Assembly (NCBI RefSeq): GCF_000299365.1
Contig: NC_018655.1
Location: 1,560,001-1,592,000, forward strand
DNA from: Candidatus Nitrosopumilus koreensis AR1
GTDB lineage: Archaea; Thermoproteota; Nitrososphaeria; Nitrososphaerales; Nitrosopumilaceae
Length of the DNA: 32,000 bases
Direction: 5' to 3'
Shown here piece by piece: positions 9,002 to 18,472 of the stretch. Below the pieces are notes generated by a model that saw only the letters and a list, made by a program, of their open reading frames with translations, did not search any database and was not told where the DNA came from. The translations under genes and the position numbers were made by a program. How positions within the stretch are numbered: the first letter of the stretch is position 1; each line of letters opens with the position of its first letter.

Positions 9002-10447
9002 TTATGCATCAGCATACATTGAAACTTCCCATGCTGTTGGGGTTTGAGCAAACGCAACATATTCTTTGTATTTTAATTCAGAATACACATCAAGAAAGTC
9101 TTTTGTGAACACTTCTTCAAGGAATTTTGAATCAGAGGATAAGGAATCAAGGGCACCTTTTAGCGATACAGGTAATGAACCAATTTTATATTCCCTTTTC
9201 TTTTCTGAAGAAAGTTTGTAAATATTTTCTTCAATTGGATCTCCAGGATCAATTTTATTTTTAATTCCGTCTAAACCCGCAAGTAATAATGCAGCTTCTA
9301 AGAGATAGATGTTTGCAGTAGGATCAGGGACTCTATATTCAATCCTCTTGCTTTTTTCTTGATTTCTATTATACATTGGAACTCTTATTGCAGCTGATCT
9401 GTTTCCCAATCCCCAGCAAACATTGACTGGTGCCTCAAATCCAGGAACCAAACGTTTGTAAGAATTTGTTGTAGGATTTGAAATTGCACATAACGCTGAG
9501 GCATGGCTCAAAATTCCTCCAATGTAATATCGTCCAGTCTGACTCATTTGTGCTTGTTCATCATCTTTATCATACATTACATTTGATTTATCATTCCATA
9601 AACTTTGGTGAGTATGCATTGCTGAAGCATTATCACCAAAAATTGGTTTTGGCATAAATGTTGCAACTTTGTTTTTTCGTTTAGCTTTGACTTTAACTAA
9701 ATTTTTCACTCCAATTACATGATCAGCCATCTGGATCATTTCATCATATTCAAGATTAATTTCACATTGACCAGAAGTTGCAACTTCATGATGTTCTGCT
9801 TCTATTCTAATTCCAAAGAAATTATACAAGTCATCACATACATCCTTTCTAAACCCCTCAAGAGTATCCTTAGGTTGAGATGGATAATATCCTTCTTTCA
9901 GATTAATTGCAGTACTAACATTTCCTTTAGCCCAAGGTGATTCTTTAGATTCAATAGAGTAACCTGAACCACCATATGATTGAGTTGCAGCGTATGGAGA
10001 TGGATAAACATTGATAGTGTCAAAAACAAAAAATTCTATTTCAGGTCCCCAATTTGTATGAGTGAATCCGAATTCTTTGAGTTTCTTTGTTGCTTTATGT
10101 GCAATTCCTCTTGAATCTCTGTTGTATCTTGAACTTTCATCAGTACTCCCATCATACAAATCACAGAAAATTCGAGCATTTCTCCTATTACCAGGATCAT
10201 AATCAGGTGGAAGAATTTTAAATGAAGTTGGATCTGGCATTAAAATCATATCAGAATGATTTACAGCTTTGAATCCAACAATTGAGCTTGCATCCAATTT
10301 TTCAAGACCATTTACAAAACTATTTTCATCAATTGCATAGCTTGGCATACCAACGTTATGCAATTCACCAAAAATATCTACAAACCAAAAATCGAGAAAT
10401 GATATTTTTTCAGCTTTTATGGTTTGGAGCACTTGTTCTGCGTTCAA
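9002..10447 (-). CDS. glnA: Type I glutamine synthetase family protein (paralogue 1, variant active-site motifs)
   Basis: WGPEIEFFVFD, HHEVATSGQCEI, SAMHTHQSLW, NPTTNSYKRLVPGFEAP, GNRSAAIRVP motifs. Confidence 0.92.
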   Translation of the reverse strand: MNAEQVLQTIKAEKISFLDFWFVDIFGELHNVGMPSYAIDENSFVNGLEKLDASSIVGFKAVNHSDMILMPDPTSFKILPPDYDPGNRRNARIFCDLYDGSTDESSRYNRDSRGIAHKATKKLKEFGFTHTNWGPEIEFFVFDTINVYPSPYAATQSYGGSGYSIESKESPWAKGNVSTAINLKEGYYPSQPKDTLEGFRKDVCDDLYNFFGIRIEAEHHEVATSGQCEINLEYDEMIQMADHVIGVKNLVKVKAKRKNKVATFMPKPIFGDNASAMHTHQSLWNDKSNVMYDKDDEQAQMSQTGRYYIGGILSHASALCAISNPTTNSYKRLVPGFEAPVNVCWGLGNRSAAIRVPMYNRNQEKSKRIEYRVPDPTANIYLLEAALLLAGLDGIKNKIDPGDPIEENIYKLSSEKKREYKIGSLPVSLKGALDSLSSDSKFLEEVFTKDFLDVYSELKYKEYVAFAQTPTAWEVSMYADA

Positions 10448-10526
10448 TTGATAATTTTAGAAAATCAATTTACTAATGTTATCATGTAAGATAGATTTGT
10501 CAAGATGGTCAGGTAAATTATGAAAA

Positions 10527-11873
10527 TTAACTGCTTTTTGATGCCTTAATTGCATTTAATTCGTCTTCAAAGAAGAATTTATCACCAAATGCAGGCTTTA
10601 AATCATCTAACCAAATCGCATTTTCATCATATTTTGCAAAAAATGGTTTTTTGACCCAATCTGGGTTTCGTCCCTGCAAAAATCTCAAAACCAGTAATTT
10701 CTGGCCGTTAAATTCTGTAGTTCCAACGACCTGAACTTTTCCAGGAGTTGCTGACATACTAGGTCCGCGTACAGTTCTTGCCAACCCACTAACAGTAGAA
10801 TATGCTTGGCCAAAGGTTTGATATGCTTTAACCAAAGGAACTCCAAAATAATGCTGAGCGCCTGTATCTCTTACAACAAACATGTAATATGGAATACATC
10901 CAAGTTGGACCTGTTTTGTCCACATTTTTGACCACATTTCTGCATCATCATTGATATGAGCTAAAAGTGGCGATTGAGTTCTAATTTGAGCGCCTGTTTG
11001 CCTTACTTCTTTGATTGCAGACTTTACGGCATCAGTTGATAGCTCGTTTAGATGGTTAAAGTGAGCCATAAATGCAAGATGTAATCCATTATCAGTGATC
11101 TTTCTAAAAACATCCAACATTTCTTGTGAATCTGAATCAGTCAAAAACTTGTATGGCCAATAAGAAAGTGCTTTTGTTCCAATTCTAATTGTTTTAAGAT
11201 TAGGCAGTTTCGCTTCAATTAAAGCATCAACATATTTGGAGAACATTTTTGCTTTCATTATCATTGGATCACCACCGGTAAAGAGAACATCTGAAATTTC
11301 AGGATGTTCTGAAACATATTGAACAAGTTGTTCTCCTTCTTGCATTGCAAATTTCATTTCATCCATACCAACAAATTGAGGCCATCTAAAACAAAAACTA
11401 CAATATGCATGACAAGTCTGACTTTGACTTGGAAAAAACAGACAAGTTTCCTTGTATTTGTGTTGCATGCCATACAATTTTGTTCCATCATTCAAAGTTG
11501 GGACATTTAGCTCCATTTGTCCTGCTGGATGAGGATTAAGTTGTAAACGAATTTCATTTGCAACATTTGCTATCTCTTTTTTATCAGAAGTATTTTTTAG
11601 AGTATTTTCCATTTTTGAGTAATGTTCAGGCTTTAGCATTCCTTTTTGAGGAAATGTCAAAACATACATCGGATCGGTTGGTATGTTATCCCAATTGATC
11701 AATTGTTCAACCACATAGTTATTTGCCTTAAATGGCAAAACATTTCCTACAACTTCCATCTCAAACTGTTTTTCTTCAGAAAGATTCTGAATTTGTGGAA
11801 GATCACGAAAATTTGATAATGTGTATGATTTGAGTGAAGGAGAATCATCCCAAACTGATTCTTGATAGGTCAC
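10527..11873 (-). CDS. KamA-family (lysine 2,3-aminomutase-like) radical SAM protein; GTG start
   Basis: Radical SAM cysteine motif CHAYCSFC followed by EISDVLFTGGDPMIMKAK; overall KamA-like order of motifs; start codon read as GTG at 11873. Confidence 0.85.
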   Translation of the reverse strand: MTYQESVWDDSPSLKSYTLSNFRDLPQIQNLSEEKQFEMEVVGNVLPFKANNYVVEQLINWDNIPTDPMYVLTFPQKGMLKPEHYSKMENTLKNTSDKKEIANVANEIRLQLNPHPAGQMELNVPTLNDGTKLYGMQHKYKETCLFFPSQSQTCHAYCSFCFRWPQFVGMDEMKFAMQEGEQLVQYVSEHPEISDVLFTGGDPMIMKAKMFSKYVDALIEAKLPNLKTIRIGTKALSYWPYKFLTDSDSQEMLDVFRKITDNGLHLAFMAHFNHLNELSTDAVKSAIKEVRQTGAQIRTQSPLLAHINDDAEMWSKMWTKQVQLGCIPYYMFVVRDTGAQHYFGVPLVKAYQTFGQAYSTVSGLARTVRGPSMSATPGKVQVVGTTEFNGQKLLVLRFLQGRNPDWVKKPFFAKYDENAIWLDDLKPAFGDKFFFEDELNAIKASKSS

Positions 11874-12031
11874 TTAGTAATTAGCACGCTAACCCTTGTT
11901 AAAGGTTACAAATTTTTTACGCATAAAACTGTTCAAATTTAATAAAAAATTAGCAAAAATTTTAAAAAATATGAGAATATTCCTTAACATTTTATTCTAG
12001 ACTATGAATGTGATTAGAATAGGGAATCATT

Positions 12032-13771
12032 TTGGCAGAAGAAGACATTTCACAAATTTCAGTAGGAGAATTTGAGACTGTTTCACAGCTTCTAGCATCT
12101 TCAGAATCACTCCAGTTGGCATTTATCATCATGATAGTTGGAATTATTGGAATTGCCATAGGATATAGAAAATTTTCATCTTGGGTAAGTTCACAAAAAT
12201 TCTATTATCAGAGACCACATGTCTCAAGATTTCTTAGAAGAGCTGTTTTGCCTTTTTTTGCAATTGCTCTAATTACAACCATTAACATCTATACTCAGAC
12301 AGGTATCTTACTAGAAGAGGATTTTAATGCAGTTAAAGATGGAGAAATGGCTCCTCAAAAAATATTTGCAAAAATTCTCAATACTTTCAACATACTTGTA
12401 ATAGGATATACTGTTTCACATCTTATTCCAATAGCTCTTACTAAACGTGATAAATCAATTTTAGAGAGAGAAGACTTTGATGCTTGGTTTGAAATGCGTG
12501 GGTTTGTTGATGATAATGGTGATCTATTTCACAAGTTGTACAAATGGGTACCTCCAAAAATCACACCTGAAGATATTGAAGAAGATGAATTCAAAGAATT
12601 GTTAAAATCCAAAGAAGGAATGCAAAAATTAGAACAGTTCAGAACAACAAAAGGTAATCCCATTGGAGGATATGAAAAATTAGTGGAAGATCCATTTGAA
12701 GACTGGAAAAAATCAGAACGGGCAAAATATGAAAAATATTTTCAAAATTGTGTTTCAGGAAACAACCAATCCGGAAGAAAATTAACACCAGGTGCAAAAC
12801 CAGAGGAAATTTATCCCATTGATGTTTGGCGAGAAGAAAAACGCACACATGGTTATGAACCAATTATTCCAAGTTCTCGTCCTCCAGGATATGCTGAAAA
12901 GAAAAGAGAGGGAATTCCAAAGTCTGCAAAACAAGTTCTACCGATAGGGATTTTTGCTGCTACCATTTTGGGAGTTATTGCATGGTGGGGAGTAGATTTG
13001 ATAGTTCTTGCTACAGCAACTGGTGGTTTCTCAATTGGTTTAGGTTTAGCATTACAAGAAACGATGCAGAATTATTTTGCATATATCATGATTAGAAAAG
13101 ACAAGATTGTAGTAGAAGGAGACAGAGTACAATTAGAGACAGGGTATAACGGATATGTACACAAAATAACTCCCAGAGTTACATACATTAGAGATGCATT
13201 ACACGAATCAATTGCAATCATTCCAACAAGACAACTTGTTTCAGCACAGATTATCAATTATACAAAAGAAAACAAACTTGTTCCAGCAATAGTCAAAGTT
13301 GGTGTTTCATATCTTAACAACCCTCGTCAGGTTGCATCTATTTTAGTAAAAGTTGGAAAACGAGGTATGAAGGAGATTGTTGATGGTAAAGGAAGACATC
13401 TAGTAAGACAGAACAGATGTCCATATCTAGATGAAAATAAACCAAGTTGTGGTTGTGACAGAGATATTCATGTAGAAGTTGTTCAACCAGTAATTAGATT
13501 TAATGATTTTAATGATTCCTCACTTGACTTTTCAATGTGGCTGTATGTAAGAGATTACGGTGCACAATTCAAAACAAAAACTGATTTGAGGATGATAATG
13601 TATGAAGAGTTTAAGAGATACGACATCAGAATTCCATGGCCAATTAGAACCATCTATCAAGGTGATGAAAAGAAAGAATTTGAAGAAATCAGTAAAGGAG
13701 ATCAGGATAGAAAAAGAGTGCTGGATGAATATGGTACGGGCGATATTGGACGTGGTGGCGGAGAAGACTAA
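12032..13771 (+). CDS. MscS-family mechanosensitive ion channel; TTG start
   Basis: Several TM segments, then the MscS core ATATGGFSIGLGLALQETMQNYFAYIMIRKDKIVVEGDRVQL. Confidence 0.88.
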   Translation: MAEEDISQISVGEFETVSQLLASSESLQLAFIIMIVGIIGIAIGYRKFSSWVSSQKFYYQRPHVSRFLRRAVLPFFAIALITTINIYTQTGILLEEDFNAVKDGEMAPQKIFAKILNTFNILVIGYTVSHLIPIALTKRDKSILEREDFDAWFEMRGFVDDNGDLFHKLYKWVPPKITPEDIEEDEFKELLKSKEGMQKLEQFRTTKGNPIGGYEKLVEDPFEDWKKSERAKYEKYFQNCVSGNNQSGRKLTPGAKPEEIYPIDVWREEKRTHGYEPIIPSSRPPGYAEKKREGIPKSAKQVLPIGIFAATILGVIAWWGVDLIVLATATGGFSIGLGLALQETMQNYFAYIMIRKDKIVVEGDRVQLETGYNGYVHKITPRVTYIRDALHESIAIIPTRQLVSAQIINYTKENKLVPAIVKVGVSYLNNPRQVASILVKVGKRGMKEIVDGKGRHLVRQNRCPYLDENKPSCGCDRDIHVEVVQPVIRFNDFNDSSLDFSMWLYVRDYGAQFKTKTDLRMIMYEEFKRYDIRIPWPIRTIYQGDEKKEFEEISKGDQDRKRVLDEYGTGDIGRGGGED

Positions 13772-13815
13772 TCTCGTTTTCTCAAAACTTAAGAATCCCA
13801 TCAATTCACATTTGC

Positions 13816-14694
13816 TTGTTGACAAAACTATCAGTAATTTGTGGAAAAGCTTCTGAAGATTTGGGTAAGAAATTAGCTAGAAAAGTTAAGGCAAATCTGG
13901 TAAGAGCAGATGTTAGGATTTTTCCTGATGGAGAAAGTAAGATCACATTAGATGGAGAGATATCAAAAAAAAAGTCAATTGTAATACAATCAACATACCC
14001 ACCTGTTGATACGAATCTAATACAGATATTATCCATGATTTCAAAAGCTAAAGAAACATCATCTGAGGTAGTTACTGTAATTCCGTATATGGGATATGCA
14101 AGGCAAGATAGAGAATTTCTACCAGGCGAGATTGTTACAATGAAAGTTTTAGCAAAATTGTTCAAAGGAGCAGGCGCATCAGAAATAATTGCAGTAGACA
14201 TTCACAGTTTAATTGGACTCAAATATTTTACAATAAAATCAAAAAATATTTCAGCAATTCCAGATCTTGTCAAGTTTTTTAAGAAATTGAGCCTGAAAAA
14301 TCCATTAATTGTTTCACCAGATCAAGGTGGAAAAGGAAGGGCAAAAGAGTTTGCAAAAAAAATGGGAATAGAATACATCGCTCTAGAAAAAAACAGAGAC
14401 AGGAAAACAGGCAAAGTAAAGATTAAAACAAAAAAAGTAGATGTTGTTGGAAGAGATCTAATTTTAGTAGACGATATGATAAGCACTGGTGGTAGCATAA
14501 TTAATGCAACAAAATTTCTGAAAAAAGAAAAATGCAACAAAATATTTGTTGCATGCACTCATGCTCTTTTGATGAATAATGCTGAAAAGAAAATTAAAAA
14601 ATCAGGAGTTACAAAAATTGTAAGTACAAATACAATTCCTGGTAAAACATCAATAGTTGATGTATCAGATACAATAGCAAAGGCAATAGTATAA
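13816..14694 (+). CDS. prs: Ribose-phosphate pyrophosphokinase (PRPP synthetase)
   Basis: PYMGYARQDREFLPGE and DLILVDDMISTGGSI PRPP-binding motifs. Confidence 0.95.
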   Translation: MLTKLSVICGKASEDLGKKLARKVKANLVRADVRIFPDGESKITLDGEISKKKSIVIQSTYPPVDTNLIQILSMISKAKETSSEVVTVIPYMGYARQDREFLPGEIVTMKVLAKLFKGAGASEIIAVDIHSLIGLKYFTIKSKNISAIPDLVKFFKKLSLKNPLIVSPDQGGKGRAKEFAKKMGIEYIALEKNRDRKTGKVKIKTKKVDVVGRDLILVDDMISTGGSIINATKFLKKEKCNKIFVACTHALLMNNAEKKIKKSGVTKIVSTNTIPGKTSIVDVSDTIAKAIV

Positions 14695-15641
14695 TGCCAG
14701 AAAGTTTTTTTGTATTATCCAAAGATCAGTTAAAAATTGCAGTGGATGAAATTATTGCTATATCAAAATCTTTTGATAGATTTTCCAAAGTTAAAGTTAT
14801 TTCAAATTTAGTGATTATTCAATCAAAAACTAATTGGTATGAAATTTCAAAACGAGCATCATTTGTTAAAACATCAGGACAAATATTACGAAAAATGTCA
14901 GGATTGTTTCTTGATGAAGAGCATTTTGAAATATTAAAAAATGCAAAAACCTTTGTTTGTAGAATTATTAATCTATCATCAAATCAGTTTAACATACCAG
15001 AATTAGAAAATTCTATGGGTGATATGATATCAAAATTTTCTAATGCAAAAGTTAAGCTTGAAAATCCAGACATTACAGTATACCTAATTTTTACAGATAA
15101 AGAGAATTTTTTTGGATTCTCCAAAAAAATCGAAGATCAAAAAAGGCCAAAAAAAGTAATAACTCAACCACATGAGTTAGATTGGAAATTAACAAGAACA
15201 ATGATTAATCTCATTGGATTAAAAGAAGGAGAAACAGTATGTGATCCTTTTTGTGGTACAGGTACAACACTCTTAGAAGCAGAATCAATGGGAATTCATG
15301 CAATTGGATTAGATTTTGATAAAAAAATGGTAGAAATTACGAAAAAAAATCTCAAAGAAAATGGCTATAAATCAAAAATAATTCATGCAGATTTTCAAGA
15401 GATCAAGAATTTATCTGACAAGTTTGATGGAATTGTTACTGATTTCCCATATGGAAAAACCTCAAAGACATCAGAAAAACCAGAAGAAATCATAAAGAAA
15501 TTTGTTGCCATAATGCCAAAAAGAAAGAAAATGGCCATAATGTACAAAAAAGAATTGGGAGACAATCTAAAACTAAAAGGATCAAAAAAATATCAAATCT
15601 ATAGGCATAAAAGCTTGACAAGGACAATTTTGATAAAATGA
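14694..15641 (+). CDS. Trm-G10/Trm11-like tRNA guanine-N2 methyltransferase (THUMP + methyltransferase)
   Basis: C-terminal [25 protein letters not shown]-binding motif and [12 protein letters not shown] catalytic motif; N-terminal THUMP-like region. Confidence 0.82.
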   Translation: MPESFFVLSKDQLKIAVDEIIAISKSFDRFSKVKVISNLVIIQSKTNWYEISKRASFVKTSGQILRKMSGLFLDEEHFEILKNAKTFVCRIINLSSNQFNIPELENSMGDMISKFSNAKVKLENPDITVYLIFTDKENFFGFSKKIEDQKRPKKVITQPHELDWKLTRTMINLIGLKEGETVCDPFCGTGTTLLEAESMGIHAIGLDFDKKMVEITKKNLKENGYKSKIIHADFQEIKNLSDKFDGIVTDFPYGKTSKTSEKPEEIIKKFVAIMPKRKKMAIMYKKELGDNLKLKGSKKYQIYRHKSLTRTILIK

Positions 15642-16537
15642 AGCTTGTATTTCTAGGAACATCAGCTGCTCAGCCCACTGAAAACAGGGGTTTATCATGC
15701 ATTTGCCTTGAGAGAGAAGGAGAAATTCTTATGTTTGATGCAGGAGAATCTGCCCAAATCTCCTACATGAAATCAAAATTAGGATGGAATAAAAAAATGA
15801 AAATTTTTGTTACTCATCTTCACGGAGATCATTGTGTAGGAATTTTAGGGTTGCTGCAAACAATGTCTATGCAAAATAGAACAGAAACATTAGAGATTTT
15901 TGGACCAAGTGGAATTGAGGAATTTATTGCTGCAAATATCAAAATTTTAAATTTTGGATTATCATTTCCTATTTTAATTAACACAATTAAAGATGAAAAA
16001 ATTTTTGAAAATGAAAAATTTACAATACGAACATGTAAGGCTAATCACTCAATTGTTGCATTTTCATATTTGTTTGAAGAAAAAGACAAACCAGGAAGAT
16101 TCAATGTTGAGAAAGCTAAGGAATTAGGAATACCAGAAGGGGAGTTATGGAATAAACTACAAAATGGAAATGAGGTTACAATTAATGAAAAAATAATAAA
16201 ACCTGAACAGGTTCTAGGAGAAAAACGTCCAGGTATAAAAATAGGAATTTCAGGTGATACAATGCCTACAAAAGAATTAGAAGAATTTTTTGAGGAATGT
16301 GACTATCTTGTATTTGATTCTACATTTCTTGATGAAGAAAAACAAAAGGCTCAAGATACATGTCATTCAACTGCAAAACAGGCTGCAACACTAGGAAAAA
16401 ATGCCAAGGTTAAGAATTTAATCTTGACACATTTTTCAGCTAGATACAAAGATGAGTCTAATCATTTGAGAGAAGCAAAAGAAATTCATGATTCAGTGAT
16501 TACTGCAAGAGATCTTTTAGAAATAGAAATTAAATGA
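15638..16537 (+). CDS. rnz: Ribonuclease Z
   Basis: [33 protein letters not shown] and [15 protein letters not shown] metallo-beta-lactamase motifs; SGDTMP and LTHFSARY motifs. Confidence 0.94.
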   Translation: MKLVFLGTSAAQPTENRGLSCICLEREGEILMFDAGESAQISYMKSKLGWNKKMKIFVTHLHGDHCVGILGLLQTMSMQNRTETLEIFGPSGIEEFIAANIKILNFGLSFPILINTIKDEKIFENEKFTIRTCKANHSIVAFSYLFEEKDKPGRFNVEKAKELGIPEGELWNKLQNGNEVTINEKIIKPEQVLGEKRPGIKIGISGDTMPTKELEEFFEECDYLVFDSTFLDEEKQKAQDTCHSTAKQAATLGKNAKVKNLILTHFSARYKDESNHLREAKEIHDSVITARDLLEIEIK

Positions 16538-16538
16538 A

Positions 16539-17261
16539 ATGTTTGAGTCAATAAAAGACCAAATTAAGAATGTAAAGAAAATTGTTTTTGTTACAGGTGC
16601 TGGCATTTCACAAGAAAGCGGAATTCCTACATTTAGGGGCAAAGATGGTCTATGGAGAAACTATGATGCGATGAAATTAGCTACAATTGATGCATTTTAT
16701 GAGAATCCAAGATTAGTTTGGGAATGGTATAACGAACGAAGAAAAAATATTTTTTCAGCACATCCAAATAATGGACATAAAGCAATTGCAGAACTGGAAA
16801 AATTAAGAGATGTTGTAGTTTTAACGCAAAATATTGATGGATTACATCAGAAAGCTGGTAGTAGCAAAGTTCTAGAATTACATGGAAGTATTGTAAAAAT
16901 AAAATGCACTGTTTGTGATTTTATAGATGAGATGATGACAGATTTTTCTGAAAGTCCTCCTTTATGTAAATGTGGAAATATTTTAAGGCCAGATGTTGTT
17001 TGGTTTGGAGAAGCCCTACCACAAGATGTTTGGCAAAAGGCAATAATTCATGCAAATCAATGTGATTTGATGATAATTGCAGGTACATCTCTTGCAGTAT
17101 CCCCTGCTAATACATTACCAATGTATGCAAAACAAAATAATGCATTGTTAATAGAAATTAATCCAGAAAATACTGAAATGTCATCAGAAATGGATCTGAT
17201 CATAAGAAACACCAGTGCAAACATACTACCAGAATTTATTTCACTGTTTAAAGAAAATTAG
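16539..17261 (+). CDS. Sir2 family NAD-dependent protein deacylase
   Basis: TGAGISQESGIPTFRG, TQNIDGLHQKAG, ELHGS, two Cys pairs, and FGEALP motifs. Confidence 0.95.
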   Translation: MFESIKDQIKNVKKIVFVTGAGISQESGIPTFRGKDGLWRNYDAMKLATIDAFYENPRLVWEWYNERRKNIFSAHPNNGHKAIAELEKLRDVVVLTQNIDGLHQKAGSSKVLELHGSIVKIKCTVCDFIDEMMTDFSESPPLCKCGNILRPDVVWFGEALPQDVWQKAIIHANQCDLMIIAGTSLAVSPANTLPMYAKQNNALLIEINPENTEMSSEMDLIIRNTSANILPEFISLFKEN

Positions 17262-17262
17262 A

Positions 17263-17985
17263 TCATTTAAGTGAGAATATTCCATTAATTTGTGAATCTG
17301 AAGAATCTCCAGGATTAAACACAGACGATGTAACAGTACCATAATCTTCATGCTCTACCACCATATCTACGTAATATGGAATACCAGATATGTCATGTAC
17401 AGTTGTTTCAAAATTTGAAGTAAAGAATGTTCCAGAAAAAATCTCTTTTTCGTTAGTTCTAATTATGACATCAACGCTTTGGGTTTTTTCACTTGAGTCA
17501 GAATATTGAAGAAGAATTTCATCATTTGATTTGTGTGTAGTGGATAATGACAATGTTTCATGAATTAATGGAGACTGATTATTTGGAATGATTGTTTCAG
17601 ATTGAGAAGACTGTGTAGTTTCAGGTTCAGAATTATCTGAAAAAATATTTTTTATGGATTCAATAGGATTAAGATTTAAAATTTCTTCACTAATAATTTT
17701 TTGAGAAGATTCTTTAGTTTCGATTATTTCATTAGTAATTTTATCTCCAGTCTCACTAATTTCTTTTGTTACAGCATTATTTGTAGAATCAACAATTTTA
17801 TCAACAGATTGATCAATCCGTTTTTCAACAGAATCAGATGCTTGAGTGCCAAAATTTGAGACGTCATTCTTTATAGAATCAACGACAGCTGCAGATGTTG
17901 ATGGAAATATAGTGTAAATCTCATTTGAGAATATCATCCCACCTAGAACAACTATTCCTATAATTATGCCTAATTTTATGAACAT
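17263..17985 (-). CDS. Hypothetical membrane-anchored protein
   Basis: N-terminal hydrophobic segment, Ser/Glu-rich helical stalk, beta-type C-terminal region. Confidence 0.7.
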   Translation of the reverse strand: MFIKLGIIIGIVVLGGMIFSNEIYTIFPSTSAAVVDSIKNDVSNFGTQASDSVEKRIDQSVDKIVDSTNNAVTKEISETGDKITNEIIETKESSQKIISEEILNLNPIESIKNIFSDNSEPETTQSSQSETIIPNNQSPLIHETLSLSTTHKSNDEILLQYSDSSEKTQSVDVIIRTNEKEIFSGTFFTSNFETTVHDISGIPYYVDMVVEHEDYGTVTSSVFNPGDSSDSQINGIFSLK

Positions 17986-18064
17986 CCGTTAATAATTCAA
18001 AAAAATGGATTTTAGATTCATACTGAAAAAAATAGTCAAAAATGATTGAATTTTCTTAGCTAAT

Positions 18065-18472
18065 TTACATCTCATACACAAACCAATCAATAATTTCATC
18101 AATTTTTGACGAAGTAAGTACTACTTTGATTGGTCCAAGAGGAGATTCTTCAGATTCATCACAAATGACTATTTTTTCTACAAATGCAGCTTGTTTATTT
18201 AGATAAAACCAAGTTGAATCATTTTTTAGATTTTTTTGTAGATTTCGCCTATAGGTTTTTTGAAATTGTTTTGAATGAACTGCTTCATATATTTTTTCTA
18301 GAGAGGTCAAATCTTTGGATTCTGCTGAAATTGAAAAATTTTCAATTTTGATTGCAGAGTATGGAAAAATGTTTGATATTGATTTTTGTGTTTTTTCTGG
18401 ATCTTCTGAAGGATTTATTGCACAAAACATCTCAATTTTACAATTTAGATTTGGAATTTTCATTCTACCCAC
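18065..18472 (-). CDS. UPF0201-family (predicted RNA-binding) protein
   Basis: Size and motifs (QKTYRRNLQKN...FYLNKQAAFVEKIVICDESEESPLGPIKVVL) plus position next to a UPF0200-type kinase. Confidence 0.75.
   Translation of the reverse strand: MGRMKIPNLNCKIEMFCAINPSEDPEKTQKSISNIFPYSAIKIENFSISAESKDLTSLEKIYEAVHSKQFQKTYRRNLQKNLKNDSTWFYLNKQAAFVEKIVICDESEESPLGPIKVVLTSSKIDEIIDWFVYEM

Noticed and set aside
13532-14201. Minus-strand ORFs (97 and 131 aa) and plus-strand 84-aa ORF across the MscS/prs region
   Set aside because: Fully or largely shadow two strong coding genes; no independent evidence.
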